Shown: positions 13,550 through 25,900 of the stretch, piece by piece | Numbering within the stretch: position 1 is the stretch's first letter | How the letters are laid out: every line of letters begins with the position of its first letter | DNA from: Psilocybe cubensis | Lineage: Eukaryota | Assembly (NCBI GenBank): GCA_017499595.2 | Contig: CM039009.1 | Location: forward strand, 1,922,001 to 1,986,000 | DNA length: 64,000 bases | Direction: 5' to 3' | Made by a program: the position numbers and the translations under genes | The notes under the pieces: model-generated | What the model saw: only the letters and a program-made list of their open reading frames with translations | Databases searched by the model: none | What the model was told of the DNA's origin: nothing

Positions 13550-16330
13550 AGTACTAAAATATATGCGTCGAAAACGCGTTGTATGATGATGATGAATAGA
13601 CATGCCTTAAGCGATTACGCCCGCCTTGGTGGTCCCACCGCCGTCCATATATTTATATTGAGCCAAAAGGTGCCTCATTCAAACTTGGAACAAGAAGCAG
13701 GGAATATTGGTATATCAGAGCTCAAAAGCGATCTCGGGTTCTAATACCAGCGAGGCCGTACACTGACGAATAGACAAATCTGAAGACATGAGGAGGATAT
13801 GAGTGAAACGAGTAGCATGGTTTTGAAGTGGAGTAGACATACATGAGATTTCGAGCGCATATACACATCTTAAAATGATGGCTGAAATCGAAGCTATGGT
13901 GGTGGCACAGAGGGAAGGAGGTCCAAATTCACAGAACCGCGTCGCGTCGGGTATTTATAGGCGTAGTGGCAAGATCAAGCAAGAACAAATATGGGTCCAT
14001 AGCCTATACCAAAACAGCAAACAAATATTAACTTGGAATGCCATCTCGCAACCGACTTACCAGAACGTATGTGATACTGTTCTGTAGATCCCCGAATAAT
14101 TGTCTTATTCAAAACTAAAGATCACACGGTTGTTCCGAATCAAATATGCATGGCATTAGTAGCCCAAAGCGAGTCCATCCGGACATGACAACAACGCGAT
14201 CTACTCTACAGGAACAAAATATCTTTGAAACCGAACAAATGTAATGAAAAGGTCCAATCACAGGGAAGGATAGAAATATTGTGATAGTGTTAATCGAGAC
14301 CAATATCCACTGTAATTGGGGTGTTTGGATCACGGAACTGTGGATTTGTGGAAGTTGAATGTTGAAGGATCAAGCTAAAAGCAAACGAAAACAAAGAAAA
14401 ATCTGAGCAAGTAAGTATTCGCGCTCTAATGGAATTCCAGAGTAAACTTACATAAAATAAAGAGGTCATACGCATCAGATCTCTTTGTCAATGTGACTCG
14501 GTGTTTGAAAGGGGTTGAGGGCTCCCTCGTATTATTATGGAACGGAAGGTGGTAGAGTGCTTCAATATTTGTGAAAAATTCGGACGGTGACTGGTTCGTT
14601 GCAATAGGAGGTTGGTAGTGGGCTTTAATATCGTGGTGGAAGAAGCGAGCAGAAGCCTTCACGAGTCCTGAATACCTAAAATTAGAGAGATACAAAGAAT
14701 GGGTTTGGAACTTACCAAAAAAGAGATCTTTCGACGCTAAGACCCGACGCATAACCGTAGTAGCTACTTCAATACTAAAACTAAATGAAAAGAATGAAAA
14801 CGGAAACGGAAACGAGAACACACTATAGAAATACAATGAGAGATCACCCTTTCGGAGCATATGATTTTTGGCGAGCGGACTCACATATGAGAGGGAATCA
14901 GGTACCCCAAGATCCGACTTGGCTCCAAATGGATGACGAATGGCAAATGGTTGAATAATTGGTGCTGATGCGCTGCCAGTGTGCATGTATTGCGGGGAAC
15001 ATGGCCAAAGTTGACGTGCGAGCCTTGCGAAGCAAAATTAGGCGGTAATGGGAAAGGGCGAGTTAAATTACCAGTCATGATCTTTCCAAAGCATGTCAGG
15101 GCAAAGAATATCTCGAGTGTATCGATTGCTAGAAGTATTGTATGTCAAAAGTAGAAAGACCGGTGGGTATACGAGACTCACTGAAGGTGCCCTTTCCAGA
15201 GGAGTGCTCATCCATATCCCATCCAAACATCGATACTATGGCATAAACACATAAGCAAAGATAATAAACCGAATTCGAGGAACGAAACGTGTTAAAGTAT
15301 TGCAATCAATGGTTTGCGGTGTCGTGTCGGGTGTCGTCCATGGCTAAGAAGGAAATAAATCAACCATATCAAACAACGAAAAGAAACAAACTAACCTCAC
15401 GCCAACTACCACTCGCCTAAGCCCGCCCAACACACAGGGTCCAAAGCAAGCTTTTATCAATCTCCACCCCTGCGATTCACGGTAGAAGCGACGATGTCCT
15501 GCAAGTCTACCGCTACTGCTTAGGGGGGTGGGCGAACCAACCAGCACTCCGTACCTCACCCCCTGGTTTCCACGACCCCCGATTTACAGGGGTGGCGGCG
15601 GGGGGGTGCCACACATCGAGCGGGTAGGGTCAAATTTCAGCTGCCCCGCATGTCCTAAGACAATCGCGCACTCCAGCCTGACACCAGCAGACTGAAGATA
15701 CGCGACCTGAATGGAGTGGTATACTTCTGTGCTGGGCTTCTTGACCGTTGTGTGTGGGCGAGCCTGCGTTGTGTGGGGTTGGTTAGTGGCTTTTAGGACG
15801 GTGAGACTGACGGTATTGGTCCAAGGCGGGATGGTATAATTGCTGTGAGGCGTTGTTAACAATGTTCTAACCTAGGCGAGATGGACTTACGCATGTGAGG
15901 AGTTGCCAAACCAAGGGCGGTGAAGATAGCTCAAGGCGGGGTGATGAAAGTGCTATCAAATGATTTTCTTAGCATGTTTGACAAAGGCGGGTTTACTTCA
16001 ACTTACTTTAGTTGAATACGAGCTATCACAAGTGGATATAACATCAAAGGAATCAGTTGAGCTCTTCGAAAATGTAAAGAGATGATGGCGGAAGAGAGTC
16101 AAGAGACGATGGAGGTTTCCATCCTGACCGTCAGCATTCTTATACCCATCCAGGTATGTTCTTGTTTGTTTTCAGCCTCCCTCGATCTCCTTTGTGTCAT
16201 CCGCCACACGCCCAAAAAGAGAAGTTTCATTTCCAAAAGCGGTTGTTTGTATGCCGTTAGTGCACGCGTGTAATTCGTGCACAATAGGCGGGGTAAATGC
16301 CGAGTTTTACACAGGCATATGAAATCATTT
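13550..16330 (-). repeat. Family R copy A: putative spliced, structured non-coding gene plus a downstream second promoter block
   Basis: Direct repeat of 19510-22200. Minus-strand TATA at ~16139-16144, then a series of 40-60 nt GT-AG introns; no long ORF. Confidence 0.8.
15396..15763 (-). ncRNA. 368-nt conserved structured exon of family R (copy A)
   Basis: Bounded by CAG| and |GTTAGT. Same length and near-identical at 21334-21701 and 47392-47759. Terminal stem GCTCGCCCACACACA/TGTGTGTTGGGCGGGC plus internal hairpins. Confidence 0.55.
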
Positions 16331-16399
16331 GACCACCCTGGGCAGCCCACAACTACTCGGATGTTCGACCAAACTCAATTGAACTTTTCGTGATTCAAT

Positions 16400-17823
16400 A
16401 TTCAAGGCTGGAGGTCACACAAAGATTCCAAATCAAACGTGTGTGGCATTAATAGCCCAAAACGTATCCTAATGGACGTGACAACAATGCAAAGTACTAC
16501 GAGGCATGACTATAATTCAAGGCAACTAAAATAATGAAAATCCTTTGCGAGGCAGAATGTAAAGGGTCGAATCGATGAGGAAATTAAAATCATAGTAAAA
16601 ATATATAAGTAATGGGGTATGACTTTCATTCCGGCCGATTTCTATTGTAAGTTGGTTGATTCGTTACGGAATATTGAAGGTGGAAACTGGGTTTATCTAA
16701 ATAAAAAAAAAGAAATAAGACTTGGCCAATTTAGTACAGACAATGGAAGAAACCAATAGGTTAGACGTACATAGAATACTGAGGTCAAATGCATCAGATC
16801 TCTTAACACTCGGTGTTTGAGAAGGCTCCAGGTGGCTCCACTGGTGGCTCGTCGATTTTGTGGTCAATAGAGCTTGATGTTGGCTGGTAGTACCGATTGA
16901 AAAAATCAAAGCGAATTAACTGTGGAGTTCTTGTGATGGTGTATGACGGAGGCAGGGATTGAAAAGTTGGTTCGGGTAGTTAAACAGAGTCCTGAATACC
17001 TGGCATATTAGATTGAGACATTAAATTAAGTCAGACCTAGAACTTGCCTGGAAAGAGATCTTTCGACGCAACGACCTGATGCGTAACCGTTACAACTACT
17101 TGAAAAATAAAAATAAAAAGAAGTAAAAAAAGAAAACAAAACACCTGATGGATATATAATGAGGTGATCGTCCTTTTAAAGGAAATTATAATCGGTGGGC
17201 GGACTCACAGGCAAAAGGGAACCAGATGCTCCAAGATCTGACGGGACTGCATATGGCTGCTCGATGGTAATTTGGCTTGTGACAAGGATTAAATCGTTGT
17301 CGTTGTGATGACAGGTGAAGGTGTGTATGTCTGATGGATAGCCTAGGAAAATGAGAAACGGAAGCCTTGCAAAAGAGAAATTAGACGGGTATGCCATTAT
17401 GCAAATGAACACACCAGTCGCGATTTTTCCAAAGAACGTTAGAGCAAAGATTGATCTCAAATATGTCGAGGATTTCTAAGACCACGCAATGTTACCAGTT
17501 GAAAGAGTGATGGAAATGCGAGACTCACTGAAGCGCTCTTTCTAAAAGGTGATAACCCATATCCTAACCAAACATTGATGCTATGGCACAAAATGGTAAG
17601 CAATTGCTACGCGTTGATCTCGAGGAACGAAAGATATTAAACGTATGCAAGCATTCGTGACATCGTGCTGGTTTTCAATGTCGAAGCGTCTTGTCCGATT
17701 GCCTAAGGACATGAAAAAATAAGTCAACCATATCAAACCATAGAAGGGACAGAGTGACATCACCCCAACCATCACTCGCCTAAGCCCGCCCAACAAACAG
17801 GGTCCAAAGCAAGCTTTAATCAA
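16400..17823 (-). repeat. Family R copy B (diverged, 5'-truncated inside the structured exon)
   Basis: Shares blocks GAGGTCAAATGCATCAGATCTC, GAGTCCTGAATACCT, AAAGAGATCTTTCGACGC, GAGACTCACTGAAG and CTCGCCTAAGCCCGCCCAAC with copies A, C and D; homology stops at ~17823. Confidence 0.8.
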
Positions 17824-18654
17824 GCACTGTACCACTGGTGACTTCGCCATCCCTAATTATTCTGAAGACCCGCTATTAATCCATTTTCGACAGTGTCCGG
17901 TTCCTGCAACACCCGAGAGAGTGCGCCTGTTTACGTTTTCTCTTTTCTGAATTATTCATTGACTTACATTTACACTTTGCAGCCGTGTTGAAGCGGGATG
18001 GAACCAATGTGGTGGTCGGCAGCAACTGTGCGGCTACCTCTGGAAGCTGGGTGTCGCCTTACGACAATGTGCCCACTAACCTGGCCAGCGACCTCGATAT
18101 TGTGCGATCCGTCCACCTGTCCCCTCTTATATCCTCATGTTAACTGACCATTGCTACGTTATTCTGATAGGATCACGTCGTTCCTTTGAAGGAAGCTTGG
18201 GTGTCGGGTGCCCGCACTTGGACCAACGCGCAGCGCGAGGCCTTTGCAAACGACCTCGTCCGCCCCCAGCTTATTGCTGTTACCGACTCGTATGTCTTGC
18301 TCTATACTAATTTATACTTTGGCTGACGATCTTCTTATTGCAGACTAAACCAGGCTAAGGGTGAGTAACGATGCGCCTCGGTACCTCTCTTTTCATTACC
18401 GATCACTGACGAGTTTCTTTTCTCTTATCGTTTGTTATCCTCGCCCGAACAGGTGATAAGGGTTAGTGCTAATCTCCATCGGATTTCGATATACCCATTG
18501 ACTTGATTTACCAGATCCCGCCGAGTGGATGGTCCCCCTCGCCAGCTACAGATGCACCTACGTCCGGGCCTGGATTCACGTTAAATACCACTACAAGCTC
18601 AGCGTCGACCAAGCTGAAAAGACCGCCTTAACGAATTACATAAACGCTTGCTAA
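17821..18654 (+). pseudogene. DUF1524 (HNH-like) secreted-nuclease family gene lacking its 5' end
   Basis: Spliced reading SGSCNTRET|VLKRDGTNV..WVSPYD..DLDI|DHVVPLKEAWVSGA..FANDLVRPQLIAVTDS|LNQAKG|DKD|PAEW..CTYVRAWIHVKYHYKLSVDQAEK..C*. No start codon or signal peptide; fused to R copy B. Confidence 0.8.
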
Positions 18655-18964
18655 ACGTCCACTAAACCTGTTTCTGCATTAAATGTATTTTAATATTCAT
18701 AGACTTAAGCAACCACATTGTTACGATCCATAAAGTTATATATATCAGTTACGGCCATTTCTCAGCGCAATTTGAAGCGTTGGAAATTTTCTTCTGAGAT
18801 TGTTAAAGCTGCTTTGAATCGAGAAAAAGCCTCTAATTCTTTTCCAATTCCCTCAAAGGAGATAGATTGTTTAAATTACGACAACGTGGTTTCTGTTGTA
18901 ATGGAAACGCATACGTAGAGTCTTACTAAAAAGTGAGAAGCCAACCAAAGATCCGTACCTCGAG

Positions 18965-19247
18965 AGGCGAAAAGTACCTGAGGTCGTTAACAGATGTTGG
19001 ACGCAATTTTACAGCGGGGTGTTATCACTTCCCAACATCAAGAACGCGCCAGGAGCCCTTTCGCCTAGCGGAAAGTAAGATCTGCATGATTGCGTAAGGG
19101 AGAATGAAGAGACCAATGCAACCGATGAACCGATATCCACTCTCGAGAGGCAAAAAGTACCTGAGGTCGTTAACAGATGTTACATATTATAGCATGGAAA
19201 GGTGCTATCACGTTTCAACATCAAGAACGCGTCAGGATCCTTTTGCC
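18965..19247 (-). ncRNA. Tandem pair of complete hairpin units (candidate milRNA precursors)
   Basis: Units 18965-19066 and 19149-19247 share an identical arm AAGTACCTGAGGTCGTTAACAGATGTT. Basal stems covary (GGCGAAA/TTTCGCC vs GGCAAAA/TTTTGCC); loops differ. Confidence 0.55.
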
Positions 19248-19509
19248 ACCCAGAGATAAGATAACAGGCGTTCTGGGAAGCATGAAGGGGCGAGACCAAT
19301 GCTGGCGAGCCGAGATGCCGGAATTCAAAGTGTGGCAAGTCTTTTGATCTCAGCAGAGATGAAAGTGAAATCGACGGAGTATGGGGCGCATATAGCCAGG
19401 TCCCTAGTCAGAAGTGGATAGCATATACTCACCACCAGATACATTCCACTGACTACTCGGTCACCGCCAATATTGTGAAGCGCCATCTGAGAATGCTGGA
19501 GAAAAATGA

Positions 19510-22200
19510 ATAAGTTGAATATATGCGTCGAAACAGCATTGGAATATTGAAAAGACACCTCTTAAGTGAGAAAGACTATCTTGATAGTCACTTTAACTGT
19601 CCAAATTTTGAGCTAGCAAGGAGACAGGGGGGATACCGAATGTGAAGGCACGAAGAGGAGGTGAGTGAAACGCCTTGTAAAGCGGAAAGAGGAGTAGACA
19701 AACAAGAGTTTTGAGGCGCATATAGCCACTTGAGACGTTGGCGGAAGTAGAGGTGATGGTGGTGGTAGAGGGGAAAGGAGGTTTGAATTCACAAAAACGC
19801 ATCGCGTCGGGTATTTATAGGCACGGTGGCAAGGTCAAGCAAGAACAAATATGGGTCCATAGAGGCCAAACAGCAAATAAATAATGACATGGAATGACAC
19901 CGAAGGACATGGAATGACGATTCGTAACGACTCGTTAAGCCCTAACCAGCATAAGAGCGATAGTGTGCTTTCAAGTCCCCACTTATCCTCTCTTATCGAA
20001 ATTGAAGGTCACACGACTATTCCGAATCAAATATGTATGACATTAATTGCCCAAAGCGAGTCCATCCGGACATGACAACAACGCGATCTACTCTACAAAG
20101 CCAAAAAGCTGTATAAAACCGATTAAAAGTAACTAAAAGGGCCCATCACAGGGCAGAATAGAAGGTCAAATAAACGAGAAGGTATTGAAATATGAGTGTT
20201 GTGTTGATGATTGTAATCGATATTAATATCTCGGGTTGGGGTTAATCTCGAAACTGTGATTGTGGATGTCGAAAGCAGGTTTCTAGCTAAATTAAAGGAA
20301 GAAAAAAACCTGGGCAAGTTAGTATCCGCGCTCTAATGGAATTACGGAGTAAACTCACATAAAATAAGAAGGTCATACGCATCAGATCTCTTTGTGACTC
20401 GGTGTTTGAACAGGCGTAAGGGCTCCCTCAGATCGTGGAATGAAAGGCAATAGTGCGCTTCAATTTAGGTGAATAATTCTGACTTTGCCCGGTTCTTTGC
20501 AATTGGAGTTTGGTAACAGGCTTGAATATCGTGGTGGATAAAGCGAGCGAAAGCCTTTAGAGTGCTTTGCATGTGAACTGGTAGACAAATAGTGAGGTTT
20601 CACGAGTCCTGAACACCTAAAATTAGAGAGGGACGAAGAATAGGCTTGGAACTTACCAAAAAAGTGATCTTTCGACGCAAAGACCTGACGCATAACCGTA
20701 GTCGCTACTTCAATACTAAAACTAAATGAAAAGAATGAAAACAAAAACGGAAACGAGAACAAGCTATAGAAATACAATGAGAGATCACCCTTTCGGAGCA
20801 TATGATATTTGGCGAGCGGACTCACATATGAAAAGAAACCAGATGCCCCAAGATCCGACTTGGCTCCAAATGGCTGACGAATGGCAATATTTGAATAATT
20901 GTTCCTGATGCGCTGCCAGTGTGCATGTATTGCAGATAACAGCCAAATTTGACGTGCAAGCCTTGCGAAACAAAATTAGGCGGTAATGGGAGAGGGCGAG
21001 TTAAATTACCAGTCATGATCTTTCCAAAGCATGTCAGGGCAAAGAATATCTCGAGTATATCGATTGCTAGAAATATTGCATGTCAAAAGTAGAAAGACCG
21101 GTGGGTATACGAGACTCACTGAAGGCGCCCTTTCCAGAGGAGTGCTCATCCGTATCCCAACGAAACATCGATACTATGGCATAGACTGGTAAGCAAGGTT
21201 ATTGCGCCGAATTTGAGGAACGAAACGTGTTAAAGTATTGCAGTCAATGGTTTGTGGTATCGTGTTGGTTGTCGTCCATGGCTAAGAAGGAAATAAATCA
21301 ACCATATCAAACAACGAAAAGAAACAAACTAACCTCACGCCAACCACCGCTCGCCTAAGCCCGCCCAACACACAGGGTCCAAAGCAAGCTTTTATCAATC
21401 TCCACCCCTGCGATTCACGGTAGAAGCGACGATGTCCTGCAAGTCTACCGCTACTGCTTAGGGGGGTGGGCGAACCAACCAGCACTCCGTACCTCACCCC
21501 CTGGTTTCCACGACCCCTGATTTACAGGGGTGGCGGCGGGGGGGTGCCACACATCGAGCGGGTAGGGTCAAATTTCAACTGCCCCGCATGTCCTAAGACA
21601 ATCGCGCACACCAGCCTGACACCAGCAGACTGGCAATACGCGACCTGAATGGAGTGGTATACTTCTGTGCTGGGCTTCTTGACCGTTGTGTGTGGGCGAG
21701 CCTGCGTTGTGTGGGGTTGGTTAGTGGCTTTTAGGACGGTGAGACTGACGGTATTGGTCCAAGGCGGGATGGTATAATTGCTGTGAGGCGTTGTTAACAA
21801 TGTTCTAACCTAGGCGAGATGGACTTACGCATGTGAGGAGTTGCCAAACCAAGGGCGGTGAAGATAGCTCAAGGCGGGGTGATGAAAGTGCTATCAAATG
21901 ATTTTCTTAGCATGTTTGACAAAGGCGGGTTTACTTCAACTTACTTTAGTTGAATACGAGCTATCACAAGTGGATATAACATCAAAGGAATCAGTTGAGC
22001 TCTTCGAAAATGTAAAGAGATGATGGCGGAAGAGAGTCAAGAGACGATGGAGGTCTCTCGTTCGACCGTCCCATTATTATAGTCTTTTAGGGTATGTTCC
22101 TGTTTGTTTTCAGCCTCCTTCGATCCCGATCTCAGTCATGTCATCCGCCTGTGGACAAAACGAGGAATCTGGTTTCTAAATGCGATTCTTTGTGTGTCTG
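19510..22200 (-). repeat. Family R copy C (close paralog of copy A; core exon 21334-21701)
   Basis: Near-identical to 15340-16110 at offset 5938; more diverged on either side. Confidence 0.85.
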
Positions 22201-22998
22201 TCGTTAGTATGTCTGACTCACGATGTATGCATTCGAGGCAAATGACGAAGCTGAAGATATCTAAATAAACTTCCAATTCGAAAAACCAATACCTGGCATA
22301 CATGCCCGGCTTTTGCTCCTCCTCCTCCCAGCAGGCTCTTCTTCTTCAGTTGCACCGACTTGCTTATTTTTTTTGGTTGCCGCCAAGTAGTCAATCTTTT
22401 TTGTTGATTCATAGATGATGCAGTATTTGAACGTTGCGGCTTTGGTTTGACGAATATTTTGCGTTTGACCAAGATCATGTCTACCTAAGAAGTATGATAC
22501 CATTCGCCTAAAATTGTGGAATGGCACTGATGCCAACTCTATCCTTTCGCTCGCCGCTTGAATCTTCATCAACTTCGCCCAGTGAAACACATACAAACAG
22601 TGCAGCATTGTCACCCGGTACTGCTCTTTGCAATCGAATACATTTGTTCATTTTTAGTCCATGGGCGTCTATGTCGTCCTTCTTTCAAACCTCCTCGGGA
22701 CCATCTTCTATTCGCATTCTACCTTCACATATCTAAAGCGGGACAACACGAGCCATACGACGCCTCGTTTCGACGATGGACGGGCGCCTGTACCCAGCAT
22801 TCCAGCTTCTCCGCAACACGTTGGACGACGGATTCGCCAGCACAAGGTCTATTGTGACTAAAACCGCTTCTATTCCGCCTACTCTTTGTTCAGAGCGCGG
22901 ATAGACCGTGGCATGCCCCCGACAATGCTTCATGTCCGAATCGGTGGATGACTCACGTATAAAAGGGCGCGGGTTTGATGATGCTAGTCAAGGTCCCG

Positions 22999-25900
22999 AT
23001 GGGCAAACCAGTATCTCCACACGGTTTTGTGTCGTATGCATCTGATGGTACGCCGACGTATCTACCTTTGAGATCAGTCTCTGCAAAGGTATACATTGTA
23101 GATGGTGAGTATCACTCATTTTTCTATCTGTGGTCTCTCACTGACGCTGCGTAGTCTCTGCCCGGGTCGTCCTCACCCAAATTTACCATAATTCAGATTC
23201 CAACAACAACCAATGCGCTTCGGCACAATATATTTTTCCTGTCCCCGCCAATGGTGCTGTATGTGCGTTTACCATGCAGACCGCAGACGGTCGCATGGTG
23301 CGAGGGGTCGTGAAGGAGAGAGAGCAAGCAGAAAAGGAGTACAAGTTTGCGATAGCGCATAACACTTTTGCAGGGCTGGTTTATGAAGCCACACCCGACA
23401 GTGAGCTACCTACGTTCTTATAAGGCCGTTCGTTAACATTTGTCTAGTTTTCGTTATCACGATGGGCGCCATACCTGGCGGCCAGGATGTCCAAGTCACC
23501 ATAATGGTATGTTTTTCCTTGTCCTTTCTCGTTTCTCTCTTAACTTTTAAATTTCTTAGTACATAACCCCTCTCGCCGACTCTGACCTACCGGGGTACGA
23601 TCAAATTGAATTTACCCTCCCTACATACATCGGGATACGATATGGCCCTCCTCCTGCCTCTCTCCCCCGCATTCATTCGTCGTCTCAACGCCTCGCATCC
23701 CATTCATCGCATTCGCACTCGGAAAAGACAATGCTGGACATTGCGGTTCACATACAAATGCCTAGCGAAATACTCGAAATCGTATCGTGCACACACGATA
23801 TCAAAGTCGACGCCCACACCACTCGCACAGATTCGCGATTTGGACTGTCAACTTCATACACAGCGACAGTGACACTCGATGCATCCGGTTCCCCACCTCG
23901 TCTCAACCGTGACTTTGTCCTTGCCATTCGTGCAGCACAGCTCGGGAGTCCGCGCTGCGTTGCAGAAGTTGTCAAAGCCCCATATTCCGTGCACAAGGCC
24001 AAGAGTGCAAGCAGTGTTGCTTTCGCGTTGACATTCGTCCCGCGGCTCAAGCTCCGTGCCTCTGTATCCTCGTCCACATTATCGTCCAAACTTCCCCACG
24101 TGCAACGGCAGCACGAATACATCTTCCTGATTGACCGGTCAGGAAGCATGGCCCACTCACGGATAGAGCTCGCCAAAGAAGCCTTGACGCTCTTCGTAAA
24201 GAGTTTGCCTTCCACTGTCGACGGAGCAGGTGTGCGGACCACGTTCAACGTGTTTGGGTTTGGGAGTACGTGCGTCAGATTGTGGAATACGAGTAGGGTG
24301 TATGATGAGGCCAACGTGCGGGCTGCGGTGTGTTTTTTTCTACTTCCATTCTCATCTTCATGTTGCTAATTGATACCTCATGTATAGCTTGACCATGTGA
24401 AGTCCATTGACGCCAACCTCGGCGGCACCGAGATCTTACACGCCCTCCGCTGCGTCCTACAAGCATGCAACAGCGCCATCCCTACATCCATATTCGTGCT
24501 CACAGACGGGGAGGTGTACGACGTTGAAGCGATTTTCGCTCTCGTCTCTTCTGCCGTCGCCCAATCAACTCCTACCTCTCAAAACATCTCTGCATTATCT
24601 CCCTCACCCGCTCCCCTTCGGTTTTTCACGCTTGGTATCGGCGACTCTGCATCAACAGCACTCTGCGAGGGCATCGCACGTGCGGGCGGGGGAGTCTGCC
24701 TAATGAGCAGGAAAGAAGCTGATGTCTCCGCAAAGTGCGGGCGTTTATTGACCGCTGCTGAGAGTGCCGCTCTGGGTGTGTTTAGTGGTGGAAATGGCGG
24801 AGTTGGGCTTGATTTAGGCACGGGATCTCCATCGAATAGTGGCGGTCCAAAGGGACAATCTGGCGGTACAGCCAACTGTGCAGGCGAAATCGAGATCGAC
24901 TGGGGTCATGGTCGTGGGAAACTTCTTCAAGCGCCCACGCGCATTTCCGCGCTCCACCCCGAGAATAGATTTACTGCCTTTGCCATCTTAGAGGACGTGG
25001 ATGTGGATGCAGACGGTATTCCAGACGAAGTGGTGCTATACCAGAGGGGCAAGGACGGAAAGCAGAGTGAAGTTGGGAGGGTGAACGTTTGTTTGGTCGA
25101 GGATCCAATGCACACTTTGAGCAAGGGATATGAATATGGAACAAGAGGCGCAAATAAAAATACGCCCCCGCTTATCCATACGATGGCTGCACATCGTATC
25201 ATTCAGCAGCTTGAAGATGGGAACATTGACACATTACATGCCGTGCGTGGACAGACTACGAATGGCATACATTCATCTAGGGGCACTGATGAGAGGGAAA
25301 GAAGAGCGGAGGTTGTGCGATTGAGTGAAAGGTTCCAGGTTGCAAGTAGGTGGGCATCATTTGTTGCTGTTGAGGACACTCTACATGGGGATGGCGATGG
25401 TAATCTGGGTGTGGATAACAAAAATAATACTGGCAAAGTAGTTGCCAACGAAGATGACAACGCTGACGACGACGACGACGACGACGATTTTTACCTCGAC
25501 GAGGAAGAAGAGGCTCATGCTCACGCAAGTAAGAGCCGAACTGTCAAGCTTACTTCCACCGCCAACGTCAGTTCTACTGTTCAGCCCAATTCCAACGGCA
25601 ACATACACGCCAAACAACACACTAACCCTATTGAACACTCTGGTGCCAACCCCAACGCAACAGCAGACACACCAGACCCGTCCTCAATTGGAGGGTTATA
25701 CCCCAAGACAGATCGGCCTACCCGAGGGGATTTGAACGTGAAGATTTCTGGAGCCCGGTCTGGGGGTAACCCTCCTCGGATGACCGACACATCTACGTAT
25801 GCGCCGTATGCGCAGACACGTCCTCACAATACCAACAACATGTTCAACGCCGTTGCTAATCATTCCACAATTCCTGCTTCTACCTCATGTCCGGTACCAG

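Noticed and set aside
15396-15763. Core exon as SRP, RNase P/MRP, U3, telomerase RNA, group I/II intron or HDV/hammerhead ribozyme
   Set aside because: I could not find the diagnostic motifs by eye (P4 strands, helix 8 loop, template, catalytic cores); an Rfam search is still needed.
15344-15862. ORFs of 71 and 92 aa repeated in R copies, and a 47-aa spliced ORF (MPIIPSRLG..)
   Set aside because: The unspliced ORFs cross predicted introns. Differences among copies in the spliced ORF are non-synonymous (G/E, R/W, F/A, S/C), so there is no sign of protein constraint; a micropeptide is not fully excluded.
9554-19181. Four ~27-bp repeats as a CRISPR array
   Set aside because: Eukaryotic context, no cas genes, only pairs, and the ~150-bp intervals are homologous and contain the complementary arm.
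22200-22940. Short overlapping ORFs upstream of the VWA gene
   Set aside because: No recognisable motif or consistent exon chain; possibly a decayed gene remnant.
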